From assembly GCA_016211945.1 (NCBI GenBank), contig JACRHV010000011.1, positions 787 to 64,786 of the forward strand: a DNA stretch of 64,000 nt. Reading direction: 5' to 3'. Under the pieces are notes generated by a model. That model was not told where the DNA came from, searched no databases, and was given only the letters and a program-made list of their open reading frames with translations. The DNA is from Minisyncoccota bacterium (lineage in GTDB: Bacteria > Patescibacteriota > Microgenomatia > UBA1400 > UBA12028). Shown here in pieces: positions 27,058 through 36,603 of the stretch. Numbering within the stretch: position 1 is the stretch's first letter; each line of letters opens with the position of its first letter. A program made the translations under genes and the position numbers.

Positions 27058-27708
27058 TCAGGGATACTGTTGGTAAAAGGTAATCTGCGCTTTATCTTGC
27101 AGTGACTTTGACCAACTCGCGTACACTGTATCCAGTTTTTCCCGTTGGAGATTGTTCCGTATTTGATTTCTCATAGACACAAGTTCCTCTTGCTTCGCGC
27201 CTTTTGGCGGATTCATTTTTTGCAACGTGTCATCAACATCTTTTTCCGTGATGACAGCGTCTTTGATAATCATTTTCACCACGAGTTTTTGAACGCGAAC
27301 TTGGTCCTTTAGATCATCCATTGTAAGATGACGCTCTGCGAGAAACGCATCCATCTCTTTACCTTGACTTTTTAAACTTTCCTGTAATTTGGTGATCTCA
27401 TCCTGTATTTCCAGGTCAGATACCGTCATACCATTTTTTTCTGCTTCTTCCAAAATCAACTGTTTCGAAACCATGGAACCCAATACGGACTTGCCATACT
27501 GCTTTTCAAGAGCTTGTAGCATGTCCCAACGTGTCACATATGTTTTATTTATTTTTGCAACAAGAAATGCTGATCGCTTCCAGTACACCACAATACCAAG
27601 AACACCCCCCAATAATAAGAAGGCAAGAACAAAAATAATCGCGAGGAGAAGTCCCGATGTTCTATTTTTTATCCGATTTTCCTGTTTCATTTTTTGCATG
27701 TTCGCCAT
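27058..27708 (-). CDS. Membrane-anchored SurA-N/PpiC-N-like chaperone domain protein
   Basis: N-terminal TM anchor and a helical domain resembling the SurA N-terminal domain; the assignment is weak. Confidence 0.35.
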   Translation of the reverse strand: MANMQKMKQENRIKNRTSGLLLAIIFVLAFLLLGGVLGIVVYWKRSAFLVAKINKTYVTRWDMLQALEKQYGKSVLGSMVSKQLILEEAEKNGMTVSDLEIQDEITKLQESLKSQGKEMDAFLAERHLTMDDLKDQVRVQKLVVKMIIKDAVITEKDVDDTLQKMNPPKGAKQEELVSMRNQIRNNLQREKLDTVYASWSKSLQDKAQITFYQQYP

Positions 27709-27775
27709 ATAACTCCTTTGTTTCCCACGACCATACGTTTACTATACAGTGAAAATTTTTTCTTACCACCACCTC

Positions 27776-28690
27776 TTATAACACCACGCCGTCGTCACGA
27801 TCGTCGCCAAGCGATCCGAAGTCTGTACGCGTCAAGACAAAAACGTCTCTTCTATTTTCATCGGTGCCTACAAACTCAGCTTCACCGCGAATCACCGCTT
27901 CGAAAGGTTGGCAAACTCGACACCCTTTTTCTCCCTGAGGACATCCAAACTTTTCCAATGCGCGAGCTGTTTTTATCTTCTTCGCAATTTTCAATACTTT
28001 CTCCTGCGATTCTTGAAGATCTTGTAACGGACATTCCACAAGAACATCACTTAACTCCAAGTACCAGTAACTTACTCCCGCGACCATTCGCTTTTGACAG
28101 TAGTGTGCGAGTAGATGGTATATGGGAAGTTGTAAAGATTCCGAATGTTCCTGCGATCGACTTGTTTTGAAATCGATAATTCGAATGCTATCAGAATCTT
28201 CAAGATACTGTAGCCAGTCTAGTTTGCCACACAGGATAATATTGTCTTCTTCTGAAAGCCAAAATTGTGGTAGATCCATGTTTAGCTTCACTGCTTTTTC
28301 CTTGATCGGTCCGGGATGCGTTGTCACTCTGTTAATCATCATTCGTCCTCTGCTTTTGTAGAGTTCCTCAGTTTTTTGCGAGGAAAAACCACCTCGTTTA
28401 CCGGATACAGAGTTCCATAATTGTTCAAATCGATCAAGTAGTGGGACATCAAATCTTCGATCAACTGGAAGAGAAGAAAGTGACTCCACGACTTCATGCA
28501 CGACTTGGCCCAACGCAAGTGGAGGAGACATCACTGCGATCTTTCGACCGTTTTTTGGACTTTTGTATACATTTTTCAGAAAATACGCTCGTGGACATTG
28601 TAAAAAATCACTAATCGACGAGTGTGAAACCCAAATGGCGGAAAATTTATCGAGAGGCATCATCTCATTATAGCTGAAATAGTTTAACAA
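27776..28690 (-). CDS. Cas4/RecB-like PD-(D/E)xK nuclease with a 4-Cys iron-sulfur cluster module (stand-alone)
   Basis: SHSSISDFLQCPRAYFL (Cas4-like N-terminal motif with the first Cys), IIDFKTSRSQ (D-x-K), and C-terminal GCPQGEKGCRVCQ (C-x6-C-x2-C). Confidence 0.55.
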   Translation of the reverse strand: MLNYFSYNEMMPLDKFSAIWVSHSSISDFLQCPRAYFLKNVYKSPKNGRKIAVMSPPLALGQVVHEVVESLSSLPVDRRFDVPLLDRFEQLWNSVSGKRGGFSSQKTEELYKSRGRMMINRVTTHPGPIKEKAVKLNMDLPQFWLSEEDNIILCGKLDWLQYLEDSDSIRIIDFKTSRSQEHSESLQLPIYHLLAHYCQKRMVAGVSYWYLELSDVLVECPLQDLQESQEKVLKIAKKIKTARALEKFGCPQGEKGCRVCQPFEAVIRGEAEFVGTDENRRDVFVLTRTDFGSLGDDRDDGVVL

Positions 28691-28947
28691 AAATGCCTAT
28701 TTGCAAATGTCGGTGTGCGTGACGAAACGCTCGGTTTTTCTATGTTAAACAACGTAATCAATTCTCTAAACCGGACAATTGTGATGGTAATACTTACCTC
28801 TTTTAAGACATTAAGTCTCGCATCAATTAAACTCAAACCAACGCTTCCATACCAATGAGACATTGAAGCATAGAGTTCCCTCTGCTTCTCGAATTCTTGA
28901 GAAGTAAGTTTCTTTTTTAACGTTTCAATCCCTGGTTTTCTTGCCAT
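28684..28947 (-). CDS. Hypothetical small protein upstream of, and overlapping, the Cas4-like gene
   Basis: 87-aa ORF with a 7-nt overlap onto the next gene. Confidence 0.25.
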   Translation of the reverse strand: MARKPGIETLKKKLTSQEFEKQRELYASMSHWYGSVGLSLIDARLNVLKEVSITITIVRFRELITLFNIEKPSVSSRTPTFANRHFC

Positions 28948-28968
28948 GTATCGCGAAATTATACAACG

Positions 28969-29979
28969 ATGAACTTCGCATGCAAGATCGAATTCTTGTA
29001 CAATACACTCATGTCAAACATCTGGAAAACACTTCCCAAGCCTTTTTCTGTCCTTGCTCCAATGGACGATGTTACTGATCTCGTTTTCCGTGAGATCGTG
29101 TGCGAGACTTCAAAACCAGATCTTTTCTTCACCGAGTTTGCGAACTGTGAGGCATTATGTTCTGAGGGAAAAAAGTTTCAAGAATCTCGGTTGCGCTTAA
29201 CCAATCTCCAACATCCCATTATCGCTCAAATTTGGGGAGTTGAGCCGGAACATTTTAAAACTGTTGCTCAACATATTCGATCGCTTGGGTTTGATGGCAT
29301 CGATATTAATATGGGTTGTCCTATTCGCGTTGTTGTTAAAAATGGTGCATGTGCGGGTCTTATTCGCGATCGTAAACGAGCGCATGAAATTATTCTTGCA
29401 ACGCAAGAAGGCGCTGGGTATTTGCCGGTTAGTGTGAAAACACGCATTGGGTTGAACACGATTATTACCGAGGACTGGATTGGGTTTCTCCTTGAACATC
29501 ATCTTGCGGCGATTACTGTTCATGGAAGAACGGCAAAAGAACAATCAAAAGTTCCTAATCATTGGGATGAAATTGGAAAGGCTGTTCAGTTACGCGATCG
29601 TGTTGCACCAAATACAATTATTGTTGGAAATGGTGATGTAAAAACTTGGGAAGAGGCACTTCAAATAACAAAAGTGCATGGCGTGGATGGTGTGATGATC
29701 GGGCGTGGAATTTTTGAAAACATGTGGGTGTTTGAAAGAGATCAACAAAGAACACACGAACCACGAGAAATTATTGATCTTTTGAAAAAGCACGTTGCCT
29801 TATTTGATCACACTTGGGGAACTACAAAAAAATTTGATGTTATGAAAAAGTTTTTTAAGATATATGTGAATGGGTTCGCGGGTGCAAAAGAGATGCGCGC
29901 AGATCTCATGGAATCGAAAACTTCAGATGATGTACTACAGAAGCTCCAAGCTTTCCCACAAAATCCTACAGGCATATGA
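28969..29979 (+). CDS. dus: tRNA-dihydrouridine synthase
   Basis: LAPMDDVTDLVFREI...FTEF and GFDGIDINMGCPI are Dus family motifs. Confidence 0.8.
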   Translation: MNFACKIEFLYNTLMSNIWKTLPKPFSVLAPMDDVTDLVFREIVCETSKPDLFFTEFANCEALCSEGKKFQESRLRLTNLQHPIIAQIWGVEPEHFKTVAQHIRSLGFDGIDINMGCPIRVVVKNGACAGLIRDRKRAHEIILATQEGAGYLPVSVKTRIGLNTIITEDWIGFLLEHHLAAITVHGRTAKEQSKVPNHWDEIGKAVQLRDRVAPNTIIVGNGDVKTWEEALQITKVHGVDGVMIGRGIFENMWVFERDQQRTHEPREIIDLLKKHVALFDHTWGTTKKFDVMKKFFKIYVNGFAGAKEMRADLMESKTSDDVLQKLQAFPQNPTGI

Positions 29980-30537
29980 TCGATAGGGCGACCATTTTTT
30001 ACTGAGTTTCTCCAGCTGTTTTTGTGTTCGTTCTTTTTTATATTTATATGCTCTTTGGATTGCTCGCTGAAGACCAAGATCGCCACAAGAAAATACGTCT
30101 TCTCTTCCCAAACTGAAGATTAAAAACATTTCCGCTGTCCAAGGGCCAATTCCCTTGACCTGTGTTAACTCTTGAATGATTTCTTCGTGGGATAATGATT
30201 CGATGTTTTCTAACTGAAGTCTTTTATCTACAATATGTTGCGCAAGATCCTTAATAAACAGAACTTTTGCATTTGATGTGCCAATACTCCGAATTTTTTT
30301 GTGCGGGGTTTGCAATACAAGGGTTGCTGTGATTGGAGTGTTACCAAAAAGTGTGCGGAATCGTGTGCAAATTGTTGTTCCGACTTTTTCCGCAAGCTGC
30401 TGGCTAATAATTGCCTCGCAGAGATCAAGAAAATAGTCGCGTGTTGGACGAATGTCAAAATCATCAACACGTTGGGCAAGAGCATAAAGTACCGGATCAA
30501 TTTTTTCAAAGTGTCGAAGAATTTTTTTCTTTTCCAT
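29935..30537 (-). CDS. HhH-GPD base-excision DNA glycosylase (AlkA / 3-methyladenine glycosylase II-like)
   Basis: LTQVKGIGPWTAEMFLIFSLGREDVFSCGDLGLQRAI is the HhH-GPD motif with the catalytic Asp. Confidence 0.7.
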   Translation of the reverse strand: MEKKKILRHFEKIDPVLYALAQRVDDFDIRPTRDYFLDLCEAIISQQLAEKVGTTICTRFRTLFGNTPITATLVLQTPHKKIRSIGTSNAKVLFIKDLAQHIVDKRLQLENIESLSHEEIIQELTQVKGIGPWTAEMFLIFSLGREDVFSCGDLGLQRAIQRAYKYKKERTQKQLEKLSKKWSPYRSYACRILWESLELL

Positions 30538-30564
30538 ACCCGTATGATACCAAACTCGGATATA

Positions 30565-31038
30565 ATGGTGAGTATGATAGATCTACTAAAAAAGATTGCG
30601 TTTACAAAAGAGGGATACCAAAAAGTACAGGACGATATTCGCGTGCTAACAGAAAAGCGAGTCGGCGCCGTGGTAAATCTCCGGACTGCCCGAGAAATGG
30701 GCGATCTTTCTGAAAATGGTGCATATAAAGCCGCTCGATTTGAACTCAGCGCGATTGATCGAGAGTTGCGACGTCTCAATTACTTGTTGCGATTTGGGGT
30801 GGTTGTGGAGTCCGCTCATTCGGGTGTGATTGATTTTGGGAGCACTATTACCGTAAAAACCGGCGACAAAACCATGACATTTTTACTCGTTGACGGGTAT
30901 GAGTCGAACCCAAAAGAACACAAGTTATCGGTAAAAAGTCCCATTGGACGCGCGCTTGTAGGAAAAAAGGTTGGGGATCAAGTGATTGTTGTTGCACCTG
31001 CCGGAAAAACGACCTACGTTATCCTTGAGGTGAAGTAA
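30565..31038 (+). CDS. greA: Transcription elongation factor GreA
   Basis: LTEKRVGAVVNLRTAREMGDLSENGAYKAAR...SPIGRALVGKKVGD; start placed at an in-frame ATG because the upstream part of the long ORF is antisense to the glycosylase gene. Confidence 0.85.
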   Translation: MVSMIDLLKKIAFTKEGYQKVQDDIRVLTEKRVGAVVNLRTAREMGDLSENGAYKAARFELSAIDRELRRLNYLLRFGVVVESAHSGVIDFGSTITVKTGDKTMTFLLVDGYESNPKEHKLSVKSPIGRALVGKKVGDQVIVVAPAGKTTYVILEVK

Positions 31039-31783
31039 AAAAGAGAAACATGCGCTGAATAAGTGTTTCTCTCTGTGATTTATCACTAAAACTGTGATCG
31101 CCATCCATCCACTCGTCTTGTACCTCTGAAATTTTTGCGTATACCTCAAGGAATTTTGACCCTACAATCTCGTCCTGCTTTGGGTGAACCGTAAGAAGTT
31201 TTGTTTTTTTTGCAAATGTCCGAACTGCTTTTTCAGGATCAAAAACCAATAATACTTTCCAAAAACTTGGACCTACTTTTGTAACTTTTCCTGATGAACG
31301 TGGGAAAGTGGTAATACCTTGAAAATCCACGTGTGCACCTGGGCGTGAACCAAATCTTTTTACCATTTTTTCCTGAATATACGCTGTATTTGCATTGGGA
31401 ATTCCTGTGAATATCGTTTTTTGTATACCATCAGGATTTAAGAGTGCTGTAACAAATGTTCCCATTGATTGGGCGCAGATAAAAATATTACCGTGAAAGT
31501 TTTTCTTCGTATATTCGAGAACACAACGGAGATCGTCTGCCCATACTTTATAATCTTTTTCTTCAATTTTCCCCTCGCTCTTTCCACATCCAGAAAAATC
31601 GAATCGAACAATGCGAAACGTTTTACCTAACGTTTGGGCAATATCATCAAAAAAGCAACCAGTTTCATGTTTGTCTACCGCAAATCCATGCACAAAAATA
31701 ATCGTTGTTGTACTTTTTGCATTGCCCTCAACAAGGGTGTCGAGTCGCTCACCAAGAGAATTTGTAATGTGTGGAAAATGCAT
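31019..31783 (-). CDS. Alpha/beta hydrolase
   Basis: IFVHGF...FICAQSMGT is a GxSxG nucleophile elbow. Confidence 0.55.
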   Translation of the reverse strand: MHFPHITNSLGERLDTLVEGNAKSTTTIIFVHGFAVDKHETGCFFDDIAQTLGKTFRIVRFDFSGCGKSEGKIEEKDYKVWADDLRCVLEYTKKNFHGNIFICAQSMGTFVTALLNPDGIQKTIFTGIPNANTAYIQEKMVKRFGSRPGAHVDFQGITTFPRSSGKVTKVGPSFWKVLLVFDPEKAVRTFAKKTKLLTVHPKQDEIVGSKFLEVYAKISEVQDEWMDGDHSFSDKSQRETLIQRMFLFFTSPQG

Positions 31784-31858
31784 TGCTGCCGGGCTAGGGC
31801 TCGAACCTAGAGTCGCGCAGATTCAAAGTCTGGCGTGTTACCATTACACCACCCGGCA
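31784..31858 (-). tRNA. tRNA-Gln (anticodon TTG), U1-A72
   Basis: Reverse complement tgccgggtggtgtaatggtaacacgccagactttgaatctgc...ctaggttcgagccctagcccggca; anticodon loop ctTTGaa. Confidence 0.75.
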
Positions 31859-32601
31859 TCATGTGCGATTGACCGAGCCGTTCCAGCAAGGAATCTACTT
31901 AACGATGAACTTTTTCTTACATCGAGTTTCAATAATCCATAATATGTCGATGAAGACAGTCCTGCACGGTAAAGAATCGCCCTGTGATTATACCGCATAA
32001 ATGGTTTATTTTTTGTGTTCTTCTTAAATACCGTTTTCCTCCAGAAAATTGCAGAACTAGGAAAAAAGAATTTCCAATACTGGATCATATCTTCTTCCAC
32101 ATCTCTGAAATGTTCATGAAGATAGAGTTGAACAACAATCTGATCATCTGTGTAGCTTATAGACTTTAGCCATGAATAAAATATCAACAGTATTCCCGGA
32201 TCGCTATTACAAATTGATGTTTGATGAGAAGTCCTTCCATTTTGCTTTGATCCTTCTGCCCAATAGAGAGCTGACGCAATAAGATACATTTCTCTTTGTG
32301 AAAGTGTTTGTACCATCAATTTCGCAAATGATAATTGTCTCTTTTCATCAGTTATTCTTTTTACTCTACGGGTATTTCCACCAGTTTTCCTTCCAATATC
32401 GCTATTGATATGAAGTTGTGTTTTTTGCTCTAACGTAAGATCAATATGTTTTGTCCATTCACATACACTAGCATCAGAAACGTGAAGATGAACTGCAATA
32501 GCATGATACGAAAGGCCTGTTCGGCGCATTCGTATAGCTATGTTATGTTCCTTGGTTTTTGCTTTCATGGGGGCAGTAATATGGCTAACATATGTTAGCA
32601 T
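31807..32601 (-). CDS. HTH + single-motif LAGLIDADG-like endonuclease-family protein; its reading frame continues 51 nt into tRNA-Gln
   Basis: N-terminal RRTGLSYHAIAVHL...VCEWTK (HTH-like); LIASALYWAEGSK resembles LAGLIDADGS; paralogous to the ORF at 48124-48852. Confidence 0.45.
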   Translation of the reverse strand: MLTYVSHITAPMKAKTKEHNIAIRMRRTGLSYHAIAVHLHVSDASVCEWTKHIDLTLEQKTQLHINSDIGRKTGGNTRRVKRITDEKRQLSFAKLMVQTLSQREMYLIASALYWAEGSKQNGRTSHQTSICNSDPGILLIFYSWLKSISYTDDQIVVQLYLHEHFRDVEEDMIQYWKFFFPSSAIFWRKTVFKKNTKNKPFMRYNHRAILYRAGLSSSTYYGLLKLDVRKSSSLSRFLAGTARSIAHDAGWCNGNTPDFESARL

Positions 32602-32660
32602 ATTATTCGGGTTTTCTTCAATACGGAGTTGAGCGTGATAAATACGGTTTTTTGTTCTTT

Positions 32661-34490
32661 TTACTCGAGAGAACTGTTATTGAGACTTGAAGTTTCTTCC
32701 TTCTCCTCACCAATAAATCCATCCTGCTGGAGCTGCCATAACTTGTGATAAATTCCACCCTCTTTTTTCACCAAACTTTCATGCGTTCCAACCTCCGCAA
32801 TCTTCCCCTTGTCCAACACCACAATGCGGTCTGCCCGCATAATTGTGGACAAGCGGTGGGCGATGATAATACTCGTTCTTGGATTCTTTGGATCCTTCGC
32901 AATGGACCAAAATGCCTGTTGAATACTGCGCTCAGACTCGGAATCCAAGGAGCTTGTTGCCTCATCAAATAAAATAATCTTCGGCTGCTCAAGTAACAAC
33001 CGGGCAATTGCCAATCGCTGCCGCTGGCCGCCAGACAACTTAATGCCACGCTCGCCAACAATCGTCTTATCTTTTTCCGGCAATTTTTTAATAAAGTCGT
33101 CCAATTTTGCCAAACGCAGAACATGATCAACTTCTGCATCATTTGCATCCGGCCGAGCATATCGCACATTAAACGCAATGGTGTTGTTGAACATGATCGG
33201 ATCTTGCGGCACAATACCAACCAATGTTCGTAAATATGATTTTTTCATGTGCGTAATATCAACGTCGTCAACTGTAATGCTCCCCGCAGTCGGATCAAAA
33301 AATCGCATAATTAATTTCGTAATCGTCGTCTTTCCGGCACCAGAATACCCAACCAACGCAACAGACTCTCCGGGTTTAATCTCTAAAGAAAAGTCACTTA
33401 ACACATCTTCGTTGGCGTGATATGAAAACGAAACATTACGAAATGCTACAGATCCGCGCAAGTTTTTTACTTCCTCAGCATGTTTAGGATCAACAACCTT
33501 AATCTCCTCATCTAAAAGACCAAGATATTTTTCAAAGTCATCATATCGTTTTGCCAGTTCGCGCAGAGTAAACAATATGCTCACCAATCGTGGGAACAGG
33601 AAAAGAGAAAATGAACTGACCAACAAAAAATCCGGCAATGAAAGTGTTTGAGATCGAACATCCATCACCGCCAATACCATGACAACGACAAGTGACAACA
33701 AAGAAAGATTCCCAACGATGATGTCAAAATAGCGAAATGTTTGAAAATAATTCACCAAATCGTCATACCATCGCGTGAGGAGCGTTCCAAATCGATGCTG
33801 TTCATATTCCTCTTGTGCAAAGTATTTTACTGTATCAAAATTCACCAAGTTATCCACGCGAACGCCGGAAACTTCGTCATCGGTTACGCTAAATTTTTTT
33901 CGATATTTAATGTTAAGTTTTACTAAAAAAAGCGAAATCACAACACTCACAACTGATACGACGACACCAAAAATCATGTAGGATGAGCGCAGTGTTGCAA
34001 ACGTCCACAACATCAAAACAAAGACTAAAACCGTCGCATAGATCTCGCGATTAATAAGATGATAAAACCCAAAATACGCCTCATCACCACGTCGCATAAT
34101 ACCAATGAGCTTGCCAGAACTTTTGTTAGTGTGATACGCAAAATCAAGATCATGAAGATGTTTTAAGATGGCTCCCTGTAAATCAATAGAAATACGCGTC
34201 ATACCTTGATCGCCAATGTAATATGAAAGCGCGATAATGCAGTTCCCCACAACTAACGCCACTCCAAACCACACCAAGATCCAAAATGCTTGGTCGTATG
34301 ATCCACTTTGCACTGCCGCCGTTACCCATTTCACAAAAAATGGTTGTGTACTCGACAAAAGCACACCCACAGTAAACAGCACGAAATACACGATAAAATT
34401 TCGCGGATACTTAAAAATCGACTGATATAACCGAACAATGACCTTCATACTTTCCTTTGTACTCCACCGACAAAAAATCTCGCCTTGCAT
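32661..34490 (-). CDS. ABC exporter, fused permease + ATPase (MsbA/lipid-A exporter-like)
   Basis: Six-TM N-terminal half; GYSGAGKTT (Walker A), LSGGQRQRLAIARLL (signature), ILFDEATSSLD (Walker B). Confidence 0.85.
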   Translation of the reverse strand: MQGEIFCRWSTKESMKVIVRLYQSIFKYPRNFIVYFVLFTVGVLLSSTQPFFVKWVTAAVQSGSYDQAFWILVWFGVALVVGNCIIALSYYIGDQGMTRISIDLQGAILKHLHDLDFAYHTNKSSGKLIGIMRRGDEAYFGFYHLINREIYATVLVFVLMLWTFATLRSSYMIFGVVVSVVSVVISLFLVKLNIKYRKKFSVTDDEVSGVRVDNLVNFDTVKYFAQEEYEQHRFGTLLTRWYDDLVNYFQTFRYFDIIVGNLSLLSLVVVMVLAVMDVRSQTLSLPDFLLVSSFSLFLFPRLVSILFTLRELAKRYDDFEKYLGLLDEEIKVVDPKHAEEVKNLRGSVAFRNVSFSYHANEDVLSDFSLEIKPGESVALVGYSGAGKTTITKLIMRFFDPTAGSITVDDVDITHMKKSYLRTLVGIVPQDPIMFNNTIAFNVRYARPDANDAEVDHVLRLAKLDDFIKKLPEKDKTIVGERGIKLSGGQRQRLAIARLLLEQPKIILFDEATSSLDSESERSIQQAFWSIAKDPKNPRTSIIIAHRLSTIMRADRIVVLDKGKIAEVGTHESLVKKEGGIYHKLWQLQQDGFIGEEKEETSSLNNSSLE

Positions 34491-34519
34491 AGGCGCTTCC
34501 GATTATTGAAAAAGGGGAG

Positions 34520-34592
34520 TGAGCGGGTAAGGGGAATCGAACCCCTGGCCCAACCTTGGCAAGGTTGTGTATTACCACTATACAATACCCGC
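34520..34592 (-). tRNA. tRNA-Gly (anticodon GCC)
   Basis: Reverse complement gcgggtattgtatagtggtaatacacaaccttgccaaggttg...ggggttcgattccccttacccgct; anticodon loop ttGCCaa. Confidence 0.85.
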
Positions 34593-34617
34593 GATATGGA
34601 ATGTATTGTACCAGATG

Positions 34618-35163
34618 TTACAACGGCTTGTACATGAGAATTTCATCTTCATACACATCATCTTGGAGTACGGCGCCGAGGAGGTGACCGTACTCAAGAA
34701 ACCCCAGTTTTTTATACAAATCCCGCGCAACATCATTTTTTGCATAGACCGTAAGCGTGACCATTCGTAGTCCCAACACCTCTTTTGCCTGAAGAAGCGC
34801 CTCCTGCATTAGCGATTTTCCGAGTCCTAAATTTCGAAACGGTTTACTCACAGAGAGGCCAAAAGTTCCAACGTGTTTCTGTTTATGCGGTTGCCGCTGG
34901 ATATCTGCAGCACCAACAATATTCTCATCCACTACAGCAAATATTTTCACTGCATTGTTTTTTTTCATTTTTTCTAAAAAATCAAAGAGATATTCGCGCT
35001 CAACATCTATTTTCACTATTTCATCGAGCAAAATCCTCGCTCGCTCAATAATAATAGGATTGATAAACGCCATTAATCGAGAAACATCATCTTGTGTGGG
35101 ATATCGAAGTGTTACCGCTTGCCCATTATCTAGTGTGATCGATTTTGAAAATGTAAGATCCAT
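34618..35163 (-). CDS. GNAT-family N-acetyltransferase
   Basis: VGTFGLSVSKPFRNLGLGKSLMQ and YKKLGF are acetyl-CoA-binding motifs A/B. Confidence 0.65.
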   Translation of the reverse strand: MDLTFSKSITLDNGQAVTLRYPTQDDVSRLMAFINPIIIERARILLDEIVKIDVEREYLFDFLEKMKKNNAVKIFAVVDENIVGAADIQRQPHKQKHVGTFGLSVSKPFRNLGLGKSLMQEALLQAKEVLGLRMVTLTVYAKNDVARDLYKKLGFLEYGHLLGAVLQDDVYEDEILMYKPL

Positions 35164-35166
35164 GGA

Positions 35167-35736
35167 TTAGACCGTCGAACGGGAGACATACTCTCCTGTT
35201 GTGGTATCCACGATGATACTCTCACCAACCTTGATGAACAAGGGGGCTTGAATCTCAATGCCAGTCTCCACCGTTACTGGTTTTTTGGGTGCGTTGACGG
35301 TATCACCAGCAACCGCATCATCAGAGTGTGTGACCTTCAATGTCACTTTTTGCGGAAACCTCACCCCAATCACTTTTTCATCCAAAAAGACGAGATACAT
35401 CATGAGTTCCGGAATAAGATATCCAATTTTATCCTCAAACATGGCACGGGAAACCAGTACTTGATCATAGGTGCGCGGATCCATAAACACCACATCATCA
35501 CCATCGAGGTAGGAAAACTGCATCTCGCGTGCGTTTACATCCAACTCTTCAACATCCTCGTTTGACTTAAAGGTAAATTCCTGTGTATTCCCAGTTTTCA
35601 CACTCTTCAATTTTGCACGACAAATCGCAGAACCCTTGCCAGGGGCATAGAACTCTGCCTTGGTTACTTCAAACGGTTCGTACTTGAATCGAATGAATAT
35701 TCCTTTTTTGAGATTGCCTGCTTTTACGTTTGACAT
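35167..35736 (-). CDS. efp: Elongation factor P
   Basis: About 189 aa; KAGNLKKG...PGKGSAICRAKLK (the conserved Lys loop) with three OB-fold regions. Confidence 0.9.
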   Translation of the reverse strand: MSNVKAGNLKKGIFIRFKYEPFEVTKAEFYAPGKGSAICRAKLKSVKTGNTQEFTFKSNEDVEELDVNAREMQFSYLDGDDVVFMDPRTYDQVLVSRAMFEDKIGYLIPELMMYLVFLDEKVIGVRFPQKVTLKVTHSDDAVAGDTVNAPKKPVTVETGIEIQAPLFIKVGESIIVDTTTGEYVSRSTV

Positions 35737-35824
35737 AGCCGGTATTATACGCCAAGCCGGAAGGTTGTATCAAGAGAGAAAGAGAATACAACAATTTTTT
35801 CACCAAACACTATAACAACACTTT

Positions 35825-36118
35825 CTATTCTTCAATCCGTCGATCATCATACATCTTTGCCATCGCTGATTGGATTGTAGGAAGGTCATCTACCGTTATT
35901 GTTTGCAACCAAGGAAACTCCTCTGACCATGCCTGCAATAACGTGAGTGTTTCTTCACTGCTTATTTGGCCAAGATAGCGTATGTAGAATGTTGCAAGAC
36001 CTTTATTTATTTCTGGCATACCAGACACAACAAGTTCAGGATCTGGTGTTGTGCTGGCATCATATCTCTCTACAAGTGCCTCCACCAATTTTCTTAGGCT
36101 TTCAGAACTGACATTCAT
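35825..36118 (-). CDS. Hypothetical small protein
   Basis: 97-aa ORF. Confidence 0.3.
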   Translation of the reverse strand: MNVSSESLRKLVEALVERYDASTTPDPELVVSGMPEINKGLATFYIRYLGQISSEETLTLLQAWSEEFPWLQTITVDDLPTIQSAMAKMYDDRRIEE

Positions 36119-36165
36119 ATTTTCCCTTCCGGACAGGAATTTTCAGCTATTATATACCACTACTC

Positions 36166-36240
36166 TGTGCCAAGCTGAGGAGTCGAACCTCAATGTCGTG
36201 TTTTTCAGACACGCGCCGTGACCACCTTGGCTAGCTTGGC
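36166..36240 (-). tRNA. tRNA-Phe (anticodon GAA)
   Basis: Reverse complement gccaagctagccaaggtggtcacggcgcgtgtctgaaaaacacg...tgaggttcgactcctcagcttggca; anticodon loop ctGAAaa. Confidence 0.8.
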
Positions 36241-36308
36241 TCAATATCAGGAATTATACACAGACACCTGAAAAAACGACAGTGGCCAACACGCCTACAA
36301 GATTGAGC

Positions 36309-36599
36309 TCATTTCGAAATTCTGACAAGTGGCGCATGAGGTGGAAAAAGCAAGCATGGACCTTCTATCGGCATGTTATTTACAAGTAAGGTCTGTTGTG
36401 CTGTTACTAGAATGGCAAAAGAGCCAATATTTGTAAAATCTTCTGGATCATCAGCAATTCGAAATACATGTAACTCGTTTGGTGCTATCGTACCTTCCCA
36501 AAAACCATTCGTCGCCCAAACCCAATGACCTCCTTGTTTACCTTTAGTCAACAGACGGAAAAGTATCGGGGTTTCTTTGTTCAATATTTCGATTTTCAT
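36309..36599 (-). CDS. Hypothetical small protein
   Basis: 96-aa ORF. Confidence 0.3.
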   Translation of the reverse strand: MKIEILNKETPILFRLLTKGKQGGHWVWATNGFWEGTIAPNELHVFRIADDPEDFTNIGSFAILVTAQQTLLVNNMPIEGPCLLFPPHAPLVRISK

Positions 36600-36603
36600 T
36601 TCT

